A DNA stretch of 40,695 bases from an uncultured Verrucomicrobiota bacterium (lineage in GTDB: Bacteria; Verrucomicrobiota; Verrucomicrobiia; Opitutales; Opitutaceae), in contig CAIXIZ010000108.1 in assembly GCA_903919625.1 (NCBI GenBank), positions 1 through 40,695 of the forward strand, written 5' to 3'. Under the pieces are notes generated by a model. The model was not told the origin of the DNA. It made no database searches and was given only the letters and a program-made list of their open reading frames with translations. The translations under genes and the position numbers were made by a program. Below are positions 8,915 through 18,128 of this stretch, piece after piece (within the stretch, counting starts at the first letter, position 1; each line of letters opens with the position of its first letter).

Positions 8915-9079
8915 ATGCAAGAACTCGTCACCCTGGAATGCACCGAAGCCAAGAAGGAAGGGAAACCCACCTCCCGTTACCTGACCACGCGCAACAAGAA
9001 AACCGTCACCGAGCGCATCGAGAAGAAGAAATACAACCCCTTCCTCAAGCGCCACACGCTCCACAAGGAGATTAAGTAA
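8915..9079 (+). CDS. rpmG: 50S ribosomal protein L33
   Basis: 54-aa ORF not in the supplied track: [54 protein letters not shown]. It has the L33 signature (YxTxKNK...ERxExKKYxPxxxKHTxHKExK). TAA at 9077-9079. Confidence 0.9.
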   Translation: MQELVTLECTEAKKEGKPTSRYLTTRNKKTVTERIEKKKYNPFLKRHTLHKEIK

Positions 9080-9097
9080 GCGCAGGGTGATATGTAG

Positions 9098-9160
9098 GGG
9101 CGTCGCTGGCCGACGCCCGAATCAGGGGCTGGAGATGGCGACGAAAGTCGCCCTCGCTTT
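9098..9160 (+). terminator. Two GC hairpins downstream of rpmG (possible intrinsic terminator / REP-like element)
   Basis: GGGCGTCG-CTGGC-CGACGCCC (9098-9118) and GGCGAC-GAAA-GTCGCC (9137-9152), followed by CTCGCTTTGGG. The T-tract is weak. Confidence 0.35.
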
Positions 9161-9268
9161 GGGCTGAGAGCATAACAGCCATGGTTTGGCCACGGTTTGC
9201 ATGGCCGCAAATTGGCGCTACCATGTGGCGGGCCGGTAACTGCAGCCTCGACGACCGAAACGGATGCG

Positions 9269-10681
9269 ATGAAGCTGCTGGAGTCTCCCCGCCCCACTAT
9301 GGACGATTTGCCCGATGCACGCCGCAAACAGGCCCGCCGCCAGCGCTGGGTCATGCTGGGCATCGGGTTGGCGTTACTGCTGGTCGCGCTCGGCCTGTGG
9401 TCACGCGATGAAGACGCCCCCGAGGTCAGCGACCTGATGCCAACGCCACGCAAGCTGGCCGACGACCAGAATGCGTACCTCTTCATCGAACAAGCCGCCA
9501 AACTGAACAACTGGGACTATCTCCGGCTTGAGATGGATGAGCAGCGGGTTGTCGACGCGATGCTCAAGGGCGAGAAATGGGACAACACCAAGGCCGCCTC
9601 CTGGCTCGCCTCGACCGAAAAAATCTGGCCGTTGCTGGCACAGGCTGCCGCCTTGCCGTCGGGGCAAGCTCCCCTCAACGACCCGGCGTTTCATTGGTCC
9701 TCCAATGAATTCTCCAATTTGTCTCGGCTTTCGATCATCCAAGGCTGGTCACAGTATTATGCCGGCCAGCCGGAGGCCGGCATCGAAACCTTGCTCACCA
9801 GCCTTCGTGCTGCCCATCACCTAGAGACGTCACGCGGAACCGAGTTCACATATTTCAGCGGATACAATTGGTCCCGTATCACGGAAAAGACGTTGGTCAG
9901 CATGGCGGATCATTCAGAGATTTCTCCGGCGGCCCTTCGCCGGGCGCTGGACGTGCTCCTCACCGTAAGGTCAGATAATCAGGATCTCGCTCAAACGCTT
10001 CGGGCGATCGGTCGAGATGACATGGTGGTTTTTGCGGATTTTGCACACCACAAAGGCAACCAGTCCTTGTCCGCTTTGTCCTGGTCTCGCCCCCTGCCCG
10101 CCATCGTCCAAAATGGCATCAATTGGCCGTTACTCTTTAAACCATACCAAAGCCAACGTCTGCTGGCTGACGAATTCCGCAGTGCGATCAAGCTGTCCAA
10201 CGCCGACGGAGCCACGATCTACGCATGGACTAATGGAGCATATGAACGGCTGCTGGGGGGTAATGACTGGCGGGTGTTCAATCCAAACAATCTTGTGGGG
10301 CGTGTCCTTTTATCTACAGGAGTAGTGGCTTTGCCATACATAGTAGTGGAGACGCATTTCGATGAACAGTCCAGGCACTCTGCCTCAGAAGCATTCTTCG
10401 CCCTTCGAATTTACTTTGCCGAACATGGTGAACTTCCCGCCAGGCTGGACCAGCTTGTGCCGGCCTATTTGCCGGCCGTGCCCCTCGACTTCTATGACCG
10501 GCAGCCCATTCGTTATTCACACGACAATTTCGCCGTCTGGTCGGTCGGCTTTCGCCATTTTAATGTCACCAGCATCAACCCTGATCCCGAAGAGACCCAA
10601 AACGAAATTTACTACCGGCTCGATTTTGCCGCGCCGCCCAGACCGGTTCCGGTGGAAGATCCGCCAGAATCCTCGCCATAG
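9269..10681 (+). CDS. Membrane-anchored hypothetical protein (paralog of 31918..33285)
   Basis: ATG at 9269. Arg-rich N-terminus followed by one TM segment (WVMLGIGLALLLVALGLW). No family is recognised. It is collinear with the 31918 gene along its whole length. GC is visibly lower than in the neighbours. Confidence 0.6.
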   Translation: MKLLESPRPTMDDLPDARRKQARRQRWVMLGIGLALLLVALGLWSRDEDAPEVSDLMPTPRKLADDQNAYLFIEQAAKLNNWDYLRLEMDEQRVVDAMLKGEKWDNTKAASWLASTEKIWPLLAQAAALPSGQAPLNDPAFHWSSNEFSNLSRLSIIQGWSQYYAGQPEAGIETLLTSLRAAHHLETSRGTEFTYFSGYNWSRITEKTLVSMADHSEISPAALRRALDVLLTVRSDNQDLAQTLRAIGRDDMVVFADFAHHKGNQSLSALSWSRPLPAIVQNGINWPLLFKPYQSQRLLADEFRSAIKLSNADGATIYAWTNGAYERLLGGNDWRVFNPNNLVGRVLLSTGVVALPYIVVETHFDEQSRHSASEAFFALRIYFAEHGELPARLDQLVPAYLPAVPLDFYDRQPIRYSHDNFAVWSVGFRHFNVTSINPDPEETQNEIYYRLDFAAPPRPVPVEDPPESSP

Positions 10682-11946
10682 CCAAATTTCGCCGCCACCC
10701 CGGCGAAGCGGCGGCCGGCCTCGGCCAGCTCGGGTTCGGCCAGCACGCCGTAGCTCAGGCGGATAAAATTTTTCGGCACTTCGTCGCCGAAACACAGTTC
10801 GCCGGGCACATACAGCACACCGGCCTCCACGCAGGCGCGGCAAAACGCCGAATCGAGCCCTGTGTCGAGCGCGGCCGGCGCCTCCAGCCAGAGGTAAAGC
10901 CCGCCTTCCGCCTCGCGCCAGCTCCAGCCCAGGACGGGCAGCCCGGCCGCCAGCAGGGTTTCATGCAACGCCCGCATTTTGCGCGCGTAGGCCGGCCGTG
11001 AGACAGCCAGCTGCGCGTCCAGCCCGCCGGTCGCCAGCGCCTGCTCGCATATGGCCTGGTTGAAATTTGCCGTGCCAAAATCGTGGTGCCCCTTGGTGTG
11101 CAGCATGCGCGCGAGCCAGCCGGCATCGGTGCAGACGCCCCAGCCGACCTTCAGGCCGCTGGCAAAGGGCTTGGTGAGCGTGGAAAGATAGAGCCGGGGA
11201 AATTTTTCCCACGCGGGCAGCGCCAGCACGCCCGCCGCCGCCGGTGGCCGGGCAAACCAGAGTTCGCGATAGGCGGCATCCTCAATCACCGGGACAGTCG
11301 CACCGTGGGCGGTCAGAGTGGCGGCGAGGGCGTTTTTCTCGGCGGTATCGAGGCTGCGGCCGGAGGGATTGGAATAATAGCTGACGAAATAGACCGCCTT
11401 GAGCCGCTTGAACTCGCCGCGCGTTTTCATCCCGGCGAGCAGCGCGCCGAGCGCGGCTGTATCGAGTTTGCCGGCGGCGTCCACCGGCAGTGAACGCGCC
11501 GTGATGCCGAGGCCGGTCAGCAATTCCAGGAATACAAAATAGCTGGGCCGGTCCACGAGCACGATGTCGCCCGGATCACCCAGCACCTGCATGGCGAGAT
11601 AGAGCGCCTGTTGCGAACCGTTGGTGATGAACAGGCCGGACGCAGTTGCGTTGGGATCAAGCCCCGGGTCCTGCGCCACCAGCCGCGTGGCCAGCAGCTC
11701 ACGGAGCCGTGGCCGGCCCTGGTTTGCCCCATATTGCAACCACTCCGGCGCAGCCGGCTGCGCCGCCAATGCGTCCACCGCCGTTTTCACCGCGGCCACA
11801 GGCAGCGTCCGGTTGTCGGTGAATCCGGCGGCGAGCGAGAGCAGGCGCGGATTGTCCAAGGCCAGCGACATGAGCCGCGCGATGGTGGGCGGACGTGCGC
11901 GCTGGCCGAGGGCGGAAAAGGCAGGCATGGGAAAACTTGGCCTCAC
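10612..11946 (-). CDS. PLP-dependent aminotransferase, class I/II
   Basis: NGSQQALYL, the NPSG block, and a PLP-lysine context STLTKPFASGLKVGWG. The start is uncertain (ATG at 11946 or 11928). Its 3' tail overlaps the convergent gene by 70 nt. Confidence 0.8.
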   Translation of the reverse strand: MRPSFPMPAFSALGQRARPPTIARLMSLALDNPRLLSLAAGFTDNRTLPVAAVKTAVDALAAQPAAPEWLQYGANQGRPRLRELLATRLVAQDPGLDPNATASGLFITNGSQQALYLAMQVLGDPGDIVLVDRPSYFVFLELLTGLGITARSLPVDAAGKLDTAALGALLAGMKTRGEFKRLKAVYFVSYYSNPSGRSLDTAEKNALAATLTAHGATVPVIEDAAYRELWFARPPAAAGVLALPAWEKFPRLYLSTLTKPFASGLKVGWGVCTDAGWLARMLHTKGHHDFGTANFNQAICEQALATGGLDAQLAVSRPAYARKMRALHETLLAAGLPVLGWSWREAEGGLYLWLEAPAALDTGLDSAFCRACVEAGVLYVPGELCFGDEVPKNFIRLSYGVLAEPELAEAGRRFAGVAAKFGYGEDSGGSSTGTGLGGAAKSSR

Positions 11947-12019
11947 CGGCGGCCCGCGTGCAAGCCTTCGTGCAGGTGCGCCTCAATCCGCGCTTTGAGA
12001 CAACCAGATCCGCCCGGTC

Positions 12020-13696
12020 TCACTTGGGGGATACCGCTGGTGCCGTCAATGCCGTCAGGGCTTCTTCCCAACGTGCCACCTGCGCGTTGTCCTTTGCGGC
12101 GCGGGCAACCGCAATCGCCGGCTTGAGCCAGGCCGCCGGCGGGTTACGCGCAAGCACCTGCCGCCACAGCTCGAGCGCCAGTTTGGGCTCGCCCAAGGCC
12201 TCCAACTGTCGCGCCGCCGCCACCACGAGCGCCGGCTCGACCGGCCGGCTATTTTTTTCCGGGGAAAGGAAAGGGAGGAGCGTAAGTTTTGCAGCCTCCT
12301 TGTCGCCCGCCGTGCGCTGGAGCTCCGCCAGCGTGAGCGCCACTGGCGCGGTGAAGCCCGCCGCCTGCGTCTCCTGCCCGATGGCCAGCGCCTCGGCCTG
12401 GTGACCGGCGGCCTCCTGCAAATGCATCTGCCGCAGCACCACATAAGGCTGCTGGTCGGGCGGGAGCTTCGCGCGGTCGCGCCATTGGTCCGCCCACGGA
12501 ACCTTAAACGGACGGTAGAGCGGATCGCCAATCAGGATTCCCATCCAACTGTATCCCGGGATCGCATAGGCCGCCGCATCGCCCAGGGTGTCGCCCCGCG
12601 CCAGGGCATGCAGCACGAGCTGCGGCTGGTGGGTGAACTGGAGGTAGGGCTCGGTCACATTGCCCAGCGTCCCGGTCACCCCGCGCGCCACCAGCCCCGG
12701 AACCCAGGTGTCGCCGGCGCCGTGCAGCGTTGAGGCGGAATAGCTGTAGATATGCAGCGCCACCGCACCCGGCGGAAACCGGAAACCGGCCCGGGCAAAC
12801 GGGCCGTTGACCGCCGAAGCATACCAGCCAAAATAAAGCACCGGCGCATCGAACCGCGCCTCGGGCGCGAGCGTGGCCGGCTCACGGTCCACGTCGGCAT
12901 CAAAGCCCAGGGTGTCCAGCTCCTTCGCGGCGGCGGCGAGCCATTTGTCACCTTCCGCAAACGGACCACCCAGGTCGACGTAACCGCGGCCGATGAGTCC
13001 GGTGGTTTCGGCCGTCAGCGCCAGATCGACCAGCCCGCGCGCGGCTTCCGCCGTGGGGCCATCCAGCCGGCCCACCTTCACCACCTGGGTTTCGTGCAAC
13101 GCGAGCGGATAATCATTATGAAACAGCGGATTGGGCACCGAGCCGCTGAGCGGCCAGCCGCTTTGCGGCAACATGGCCAGTTCCGAATCCACCGCCGCGC
13201 CGTTGTTGCCGAGCGCCGCCTTGGGCTGGACAATTTTTGAGTCGGGCGGCCGGCTGGCATCGGGCTCCACCCGCAACGGGACGCCGCGGCAAACCACCAG
13301 GTAGGAAATATGGTGGCGCAGAATCAGATATTTGCCCCGGATCCCGCCGGGGTCGGACGGGGTGGGGCGGGCCGTGGTGAGCTCCATCGCATCCATCCAT
13401 TTCCGACGGACCAGCTCGTCCTGCAATGGCTGGTAAAGCGTTGTCTCAAACTCGCCCCGGGAGATGGTCTCGGCCGTCGAAAGCCTGAGGCTGATGATGT
13501 TCGTCATCGGCACCCCGCGCCGCGCCGCGTAATGCCGCGCGATGTCGAGCGAGTCCTCGTCGGCGCTGTTGGCGAGGATGATGACGCTGGCCGCCGGATC
13601 GCCGGGTGCCGCCACCGCGTCCGCCCCACGCAGCCACCCGCCAGGTCCCGGCCAGGCGAGGACCCAGCAGAAAAACAGCCAGGGGTGTAATTTCAT
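12020..13696 (-). CDS. Secreted conserved hypothetical protein (TIGR03790-like N-terminal region, TPR-like C-terminus)
   Basis: Likely ATG at 13696 (MKLHPWLFFCWVLAW...). VIILANSADEDSLDIARHYAARRGVPMTNIISL resembles my recollection of TIGR03790. The helical, Ala/Leu-rich C-terminal repeats look TPR-like. Confidence 0.5.
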   Translation of the reverse strand: MKLHPWLFFCWVLAWPGPGGWLRGADAVAAPGDPAASVIILANSADEDSLDIARHYAARRGVPMTNIISLRLSTAETISRGEFETTLYQPLQDELVRRKWMDAMELTTARPTPSDPGGIRGKYLILRHHISYLVVCRGVPLRVEPDASRPPDSKIVQPKAALGNNGAAVDSELAMLPQSGWPLSGSVPNPLFHNDYPLALHETQVVKVGRLDGPTAEAARGLVDLALTAETTGLIGRGYVDLGGPFAEGDKWLAAAAKELDTLGFDADVDREPATLAPEARFDAPVLYFGWYASAVNGPFARAGFRFPPGAVALHIYSYSASTLHGAGDTWVPGLVARGVTGTLGNVTEPYLQFTHQPQLVLHALARGDTLGDAAAYAIPGYSWMGILIGDPLYRPFKVPWADQWRDRAKLPPDQQPYVVLRQMHLQEAAGHQAEALAIGQETQAAGFTAPVALTLAELQRTAGDKEAAKLTLLPFLSPEKNSRPVEPALVVAAARQLEALGEPKLALELWRQVLARNPPAAWLKPAIAVARAAKDNAQVARWEEALTALTAPAVSPK

Positions 13697-13803
13697 GCGC
13701 ACGGCGGAAAGTGGCCTGTTTCGACCCCTGAGGCGAGCCACAGTTGCAACTTTCCCGCGACCAGTTTGGCTGGGGCCGCGCTTCCCACGCCCTCCTTGCC
13801 GCC

Positions 13804-14844
13804 ATGAATCTCCGTCTCGTCCCGCTCCTGCTCGCCGCCCTGTGCGCCGCCCCCGCGCTCCACGCCTGGGACTACGCCGGCCACCGCCTCGTCAACCAGC
13901 TTGCACTCGCCGGTCTGCCGCCGGAATTCCCGGCGTTTGTGCGCACCCCCCAGGCCGCCGAGCGGATTGCCTTTCTCGCGGGCGAGCCGGACCGCTGGCG
14001 CAACACGACCGACCTCGCCCTCCGGCAGGCCAACAGTCTCGACCACTATCTCGACCTGGAGCAGCTCACCGCCGTCGGCCTGGAGGCCGCCACCATCAGC
14101 CCGCTGCGCTACGAATTTGCCGCGCAGTTTGCCGCCGCCCGGGCCGCGCACCCGGACAAGCTGCCCGCCATCGACCCGGCCAAGGACACCGACCGCACCC
14201 GCGAATGGCCGGGATTTCTGCCCTGGGCCATCACGGAAAATTACGCGCGGCTCAAGTCGGAGTTTTCCTCCCTGAAAACGTTTCAGGACTCGGGTGGCAC
14301 ACCGGACGAGATCGCCAACGCCCAGGCCAACATCATCTATACCATGGGGGTGATGGGGCACTACGTCGGCGACAGCACGCAGCCGCTGCACACCACGATG
14401 CACAACAACGGCTGGGTGGGCGACAACCCCAAGGGCTATACGACGTGGAGCGGATTTCACGCGTGGATAGACGGCGGGTTCATGGCCAAGGTTGGCCTTG
14501 TCCCCGCTGACGTGCTCCCGCGCGCCCGGCCCGCCCGGACGTTGCCCACCGCCACCCCGCCCGGCACCCGTGACACGCTGTTCAGCACCGTGATGAGCCA
14601 GCTCGCGACGCAGCACGCCCAAGTGGAGCCGCTCTACGCGCTCGACCAGGCAGGGAAGCTCAAGGGCGACTCGCCAGCCGCAAGTGCGGAGGGCAAGGCG
14701 TTCCTCGAAGAGCAACTGCTGCGTGGCGGGGAGCTGCTGTCGAGCCTGTGGCTGACGGCGTGGCGCAACACCCAGCCCGACACCTATCTCCGCGCCCAGC
14801 TTCTGCGGCGGCAAACCGAGGCGGCCGGGGTTCGCGGAAAGTGA
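13804..14844 (+). CDS. S1/P1 nuclease-like / zinc phospholipase C-like secreted metalloenzyme
   Basis: Signal peptide MNLRLVPLLLAALCAAPALHA, then a mature N-terminal Trp (WDYAGHRLV), HYVGDSTQPLHTT and HAWID. These are the S1/P1-type zinc-ligand motifs. Confidence 0.65.
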   Translation: MNLRLVPLLLAALCAAPALHAWDYAGHRLVNQLALAGLPPEFPAFVRTPQAAERIAFLAGEPDRWRNTTDLALRQANSLDHYLDLEQLTAVGLEAATISPLRYEFAAQFAAARAAHPDKLPAIDPAKDTDRTREWPGFLPWAITENYARLKSEFSSLKTFQDSGGTPDEIANAQANIIYTMGVMGHYVGDSTQPLHTTMHNNGWVGDNPKGYTTWSGFHAWIDGGFMAKVGLVPADVLPRARPARTLPTATPPGTRDTLFSTVMSQLATQHAQVEPLYALDQAGKLKGDSPAASAEGKAFLEEQLLRGGELLSSLWLTAWRNTQPDTYLRAQLLRRQTEAAGVRGK

Positions 14845-14976
14845 CGGAAAATTACGCGTGCCGATGCTTCGGGAAATCGTCACGTCCATAGGAACTTTCA
14901 GCTAGTGTTCAGGCGCGTGCGGTCCTGGGAGGTTCGTGGCTTGATGCCCATGGTCCCTTGCGCCAGGATAGTAAAA

Positions 14977-15576
14977 ATGAATTCTTCTCCCCGCCCCTCA
15001 CCGCAGGCCGCGCTTGGGCGTACCGCGCTGGTGTTCATCGGTCTGCTCACGGCGACGGCCGCAATTGAACGGTGGATGGGGCGCACGTTTTTCGGGCCGG
15101 ACGGGCGGTTCGGGCTGTGGGAAGGCGACATCTGGAGCAACGAGAACTCGCAGCGGCTGGCCGACCCGTATTCGTTCTCGCATCTGGCGCACGGGATTTT
15201 GTTCTTCGGGATCCTGTGGTGGGTCGCCCGCCATGTGCCGCTCCACCGCCGGTTTCTGCTCGCGGTGCTGGTGGAGGCCGGCTGGGAACTGCTGGAAAAT
15301 TCCCCGCTCATCATCAACCGCTACCGGGCGTCGACGATCGCCCTCGGCTATGAGGGCGACAGCGTGCTGAACTCCCTGAGCGACATCGTGATGATGGCGA
15401 CCGGGTTTCTGTTTGCCGCGCGCGCCCGGATCCGGCTGAGCGTCGCAGCGCTGCTGGTCATGGAGGTGGGCTGCGCGCTGGTGGTGCGCGACAACCTCAT
15501 CCTCAACGTCATCATGCTCATCCACCCGGTCGCAGCCATCAAGCAATGGCAAATGGCCGGCCAGCCGCATTTCTAG
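14977..15576 (+). CDS. DUF2585 (UPF0314) family integral membrane protein
   Basis: ATG at 14977. WSNENSQRLADPYSFSHLAHGILFFG and WELLENSPLIINRYR motifs. There are 4-5 hydrophobic segments. Confidence 0.65.
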   Translation: MNSSPRPSPQAALGRTALVFIGLLTATAAIERWMGRTFFGPDGRFGLWEGDIWSNENSQRLADPYSFSHLAHGILFFGILWWVARHVPLHRRFLLAVLVEAGWELLENSPLIINRYRASTIALGYEGDSVLNSLSDIVMMATGFLFAARARIRLSVAALLVMEVGCALVVRDNLILNVIMLIHPVAAIKQWQMAGQPHF

Positions 15577-15655
15577 GGCGGTTTAAATTGAACTGTAGCC
15601 GTTCCGTTGGGTGAACTGGTCAAACCCCGGCTACGCTGGCGGAGGGTCTTCTGAG

Positions 15656-15682
15656 AAAGTGTAACCTAATAGGTTACACTTT
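15656..15682. terminator. 27-bp AT-rich perfect palindrome between convergent genes (possible bidirectional terminator or protein-binding site)
   Basis: AAAGTGTAACCTA-A-TAGGTTACACTTT has 13-bp arms and is flanked by an A-run and a T-run. It lies between the 3' ends of the DUF2585 gene and gspE. Confidence 0.35.
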
Positions 15683-15885
15683 TCTGGTGCGAAAGGCAGG
15701 AAGGCGTGCGGTCTCAAAAGCCGGCCATGCCTTTTTTGAAACCGCTCCAAACACCGCGACGCGGGCCATCAATGACCATGGCTGAGACCTTGCCCTGCCG
15801 GCCGCCTCGTTGCCTCCAACGCGTGCTCCGTGTCAGGGTGGCGGGCGTTGCGCCACATGCGCAGAACCATGCCGCAAGGCCGGCC

Positions 15886-17598
15886 TCACGCGTCCGGCGG
15901 GACGGTGCTGATGGCCTCGGCGAGCGTGGTGAGGCCTTCGCGCACCTTGAGCAGGCTGTCCTGGTGCAGGGTCTTCATGCCGGCGCGCATCGCAATTTTT
16001 TTCAGCTCCGAGGCCTCCAGCTCCTGGTTGATGGCCCCGACCAGCTCCTCGTTGGTCACCATCAGTTCGTGGATGCCGACGCGCCCCTTATAGCCGCTGC
16101 CGCCACACTTGGGGCAGCCTTTCGGAGCCGCCCGGTGGATGGGGCCGCTCCAGCCGAGCGCCTTTTCCAGCATAGCCTTCTCCCGGCCCTCGGGCTCATA
16201 GGGCTGGCGGCATTGCTTGCACACGCGGCGCATCAGGCGCTGCGCACACACGCAGAGGAGCGACGAGGAAATCATGAACGGCTCAATCCCCATGTCGGTG
16301 AGCCGCGAGATGGTCGTGGGCGCGTCGTTGGTGTGCAGTGTCGAGATGAGCAGGTGCCCGGTGAGCGCGGCCTCGATGGCGATGCCGGCGGTCTCCTCGT
16401 CGCGGATTTCTCCCACCAGGATGATGTCGGGATCCTGGCGGAGAAAGGCGCGCAGCGCCGTGGCAAACGTGAGCCCGATCTGACGGTTCATCTGCATCTG
16501 GTTCAGGCCGGGCAGGGTATACTCGATCGGATCCTCGGCGGTGCGGATGACAATGTCGGGCGTATTTACCTCGTTGAGCGCGGAATAAAGCGTCATCGAC
16601 TTGCCGGAGCCGGTGGGGCCGCAGTGCAGGATCATGCCGTACGGCTGGCGGATGCAGTCGCGATAGCGCACCAGGTTCTCATCCGAAAAGCCGAGCGCGG
16701 TCATGGGCAGGGTGCTCTTCTGCTTGTCCAGGATGCGCATCACCATGCCCTCGCCGTGGTTGAGCGGCGCGGTGGAGACCCGGAGATCAAGATCGAGCCC
16801 CTTCGTGGTGTACTGCTTGAACACGATGCGCCCGTCCTGCGGCAGGCGGCGCTGGGCAATGTCGAGATTGCACATGATCTTCAACCGGGCGACCAGCGCG
16901 GGGCCGACCTTGACGGGCAGGCGGAGCTTTTCGACGCACAGGCCGTCAATCCGGTAGCGCACCACCACGTCCTTCTCCTGCGGCTCGAGGTGGATGTCGC
17001 TCGTGCCGGAAAAATACGCGTCCTCAATGATGCGGTTGGCCAGCTGGATGATCGGGCCGGACTCCTCGTTGACATCCGCCGACTCGAGCTGGCTCTCCCC
17101 GGCGACCCCGAACTCGGCGCCGATTTTCTGCACCACATCGTCGAAGCCGGCGGCGCCGGCCTGCTCCTTGGGAAACAGCTTGTCGCGCAGCTCTTTCTCG
17201 CGGGCGAGCAGCCGGACAATTTTTTTGCCCGTGAGCCCCTGGAGCTTGGCGGCCAGGGTGGCGTCGAACGGGTTGGACACGGCCACGAGCAGCAGATCTC
17301 CGGCGGTGCCGACGGGCAGCACCAGGTGCTGCTGGCAAAAATCCTGCGGGATCCGCTCAAAGGTCTGCGGACCGACGTGGAAGCGGGAGACATGGCAGGG
17401 CGCCAGCCGGTGGGCGCGCGCCCGCGCCACGAAGATCACATACGGGGTGAGGCCGTGCTCCTCCTGGAGGATTTTGTCGAGCGCATCGCCGCTCAGGTCC
17501 TCCGGCCGGGCCGCGAGCGCGGCGCGCTGTTTGGCGTCGAGGCGACCCAGCTCGCCGAGCGCGGCGACAATCTGGGTCTGGATTTTTCCGAGGGGCAT
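15886..17598 (-). CDS. GspE/PilB-family type II secretion / type IV pilus assembly ATPase
   Basis: N-terminal T2SSE_N-like domain ([21 protein letters not shown]). Walker A GPTGSGKS, Walker B ILVGEIRD, His box [12 protein letters not shown]. Tetracysteine motif CKQC...[12 protein letters not shown]. Confidence 0.9.
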   Translation of the reverse strand: MPLGKIQTQIVAALGELGRLDAKQRAALAARPEDLSGDALDKILQEEHGLTPYVIFVARARAHRLAPCHVSRFHVGPQTFERIPQDFCQQHLVLPVGTAGDLLLVAVSNPFDATLAAKLQGLTGKKIVRLLAREKELRDKLFPKEQAGAAGFDDVVQKIGAEFGVAGESQLESADVNEESGPIIQLANRIIEDAYFSGTSDIHLEPQEKDVVVRYRIDGLCVEKLRLPVKVGPALVARLKIMCNLDIAQRRLPQDGRIVFKQYTTKGLDLDLRVSTAPLNHGEGMVMRILDKQKSTLPMTALGFSDENLVRYRDCIRQPYGMILHCGPTGSGKSMTLYSALNEVNTPDIVIRTAEDPIEYTLPGLNQMQMNRQIGLTFATALRAFLRQDPDIILVGEIRDEETAGIAIEAALTGHLLISTLHTNDAPTTISRLTDMGIEPFMISSSLLCVCAQRLMRRVCKQCRQPYEPEGREKAMLEKALGWSGPIHRAAPKGCPKCGGSGYKGRVGIHELMVTNEELVGAINQELEASELKKIAMRAGMKTLHQDSLLKVREGLTTLAEAISTVPPDA

Positions 17599-17616
17599 GG
17601 CGAAACGGGGGCGGGC

Positions 17617-18123
17617 TCAGGGCTTGGGGGCGGCGGCGCGGGCGGCCTCGATTTTTTCGATGGCGTCGGCCAGGCTGTCGAGGGTCGCACCGTACCAGAG
17701 GATCGGGCCGTCGAGCTGTTTTTCCCAAAATGCGCGCACGCTCTCGCTGAGGCCGTAGGCGGTGGCGACGCAATTGATGCCCTCCTCGCGGTCAAAGGGC
17801 AGGGTCCACGTATCCCAGCACGATTCGAGGCTGAGGGTCTGTTTGAAGTCGTCGGCCACCTCCCACTCCCGCAAATCCACCAGGCCGGCACCCCGTTCAT
17901 CGACGAGGTGCAGGAGCGCATCCTCCTCCCGCAACGCCTTCAGCTCATAGGCAAGCACGCCCAGCACCGTGCGCTGCCGGACCGCGCCGGTGGCGGCCAG
18001 TTCGAGCAGGCGCGCATTGGCGGCCTCCAGGGACTCCAGCTTGACCAGGTTCGCATCCACCAGGGCCGCGCCCAGGTGGCGGTTGGCGCGCAGGAGCAGA
18101 TTGCGGCGTTGGGCAGGGGTCAT
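17617..18123 (-). CDS. Small protein resembling a stand-alone GspE/PilB N-terminal (T2SSE_N / MshEN-like) domain
   Basis: 168 aa. HLGAALVDANLVKLESLEAANARLLE, GLVDLREWEV and TWTLPFDREEGINCVATAY fit the T2SSE_N pattern. It starts 5 nt after the obg stop and ends 18 nt before the gspE start. Confidence 0.45.
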   Translation of the reverse strand: MTPAQRRNLLLRANRHLGAALVDANLVKLESLEAANARLLELAATGAVRQRTVLGVLAYELKALREEDALLHLVDERGAGLVDLREWEVADDFKQTLSLESCWDTWTLPFDREEGINCVATAYGLSESVRAFWEKQLDGPILWYGATLDSLADAIEKIEAARAAAPKP

Positions 18124-18128
18124 GGCGG

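Noticed and set aside
10612-10681. 70-nt overlap of the 3' ends of the convergent 9269 gene and the aminotransferase
   Set aside because: It is probably non-functional. Both C-terminal tails (…PVEDPPESSP and …GEDSGGSSTGTGLGGAAKSSR) look like unconserved read-on until the first stop in stop-poor DNA. I noted it but do not treat it as a regulatory feature.
13693-14889. 398-aa minus-strand ORF and 322-aa plus-strand ORF (13542..14510)
   Set aside because: They shadow the S1/P1-like nuclease gene and the TIGR03790-like gene. They are Arg/Pro/Gly-rich with no family signal.
15700-15885. Possible small gene or terminator downstream of gspE (33-codon minus-strand ORF; AAAAGGCATGGCCGGCTTTTGA)
   Set aside because: The ORF is tiny, with no RBS or motif. 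The putative hairpin has only about 3 bp of stem, so it gives no support for a terminator or gene.
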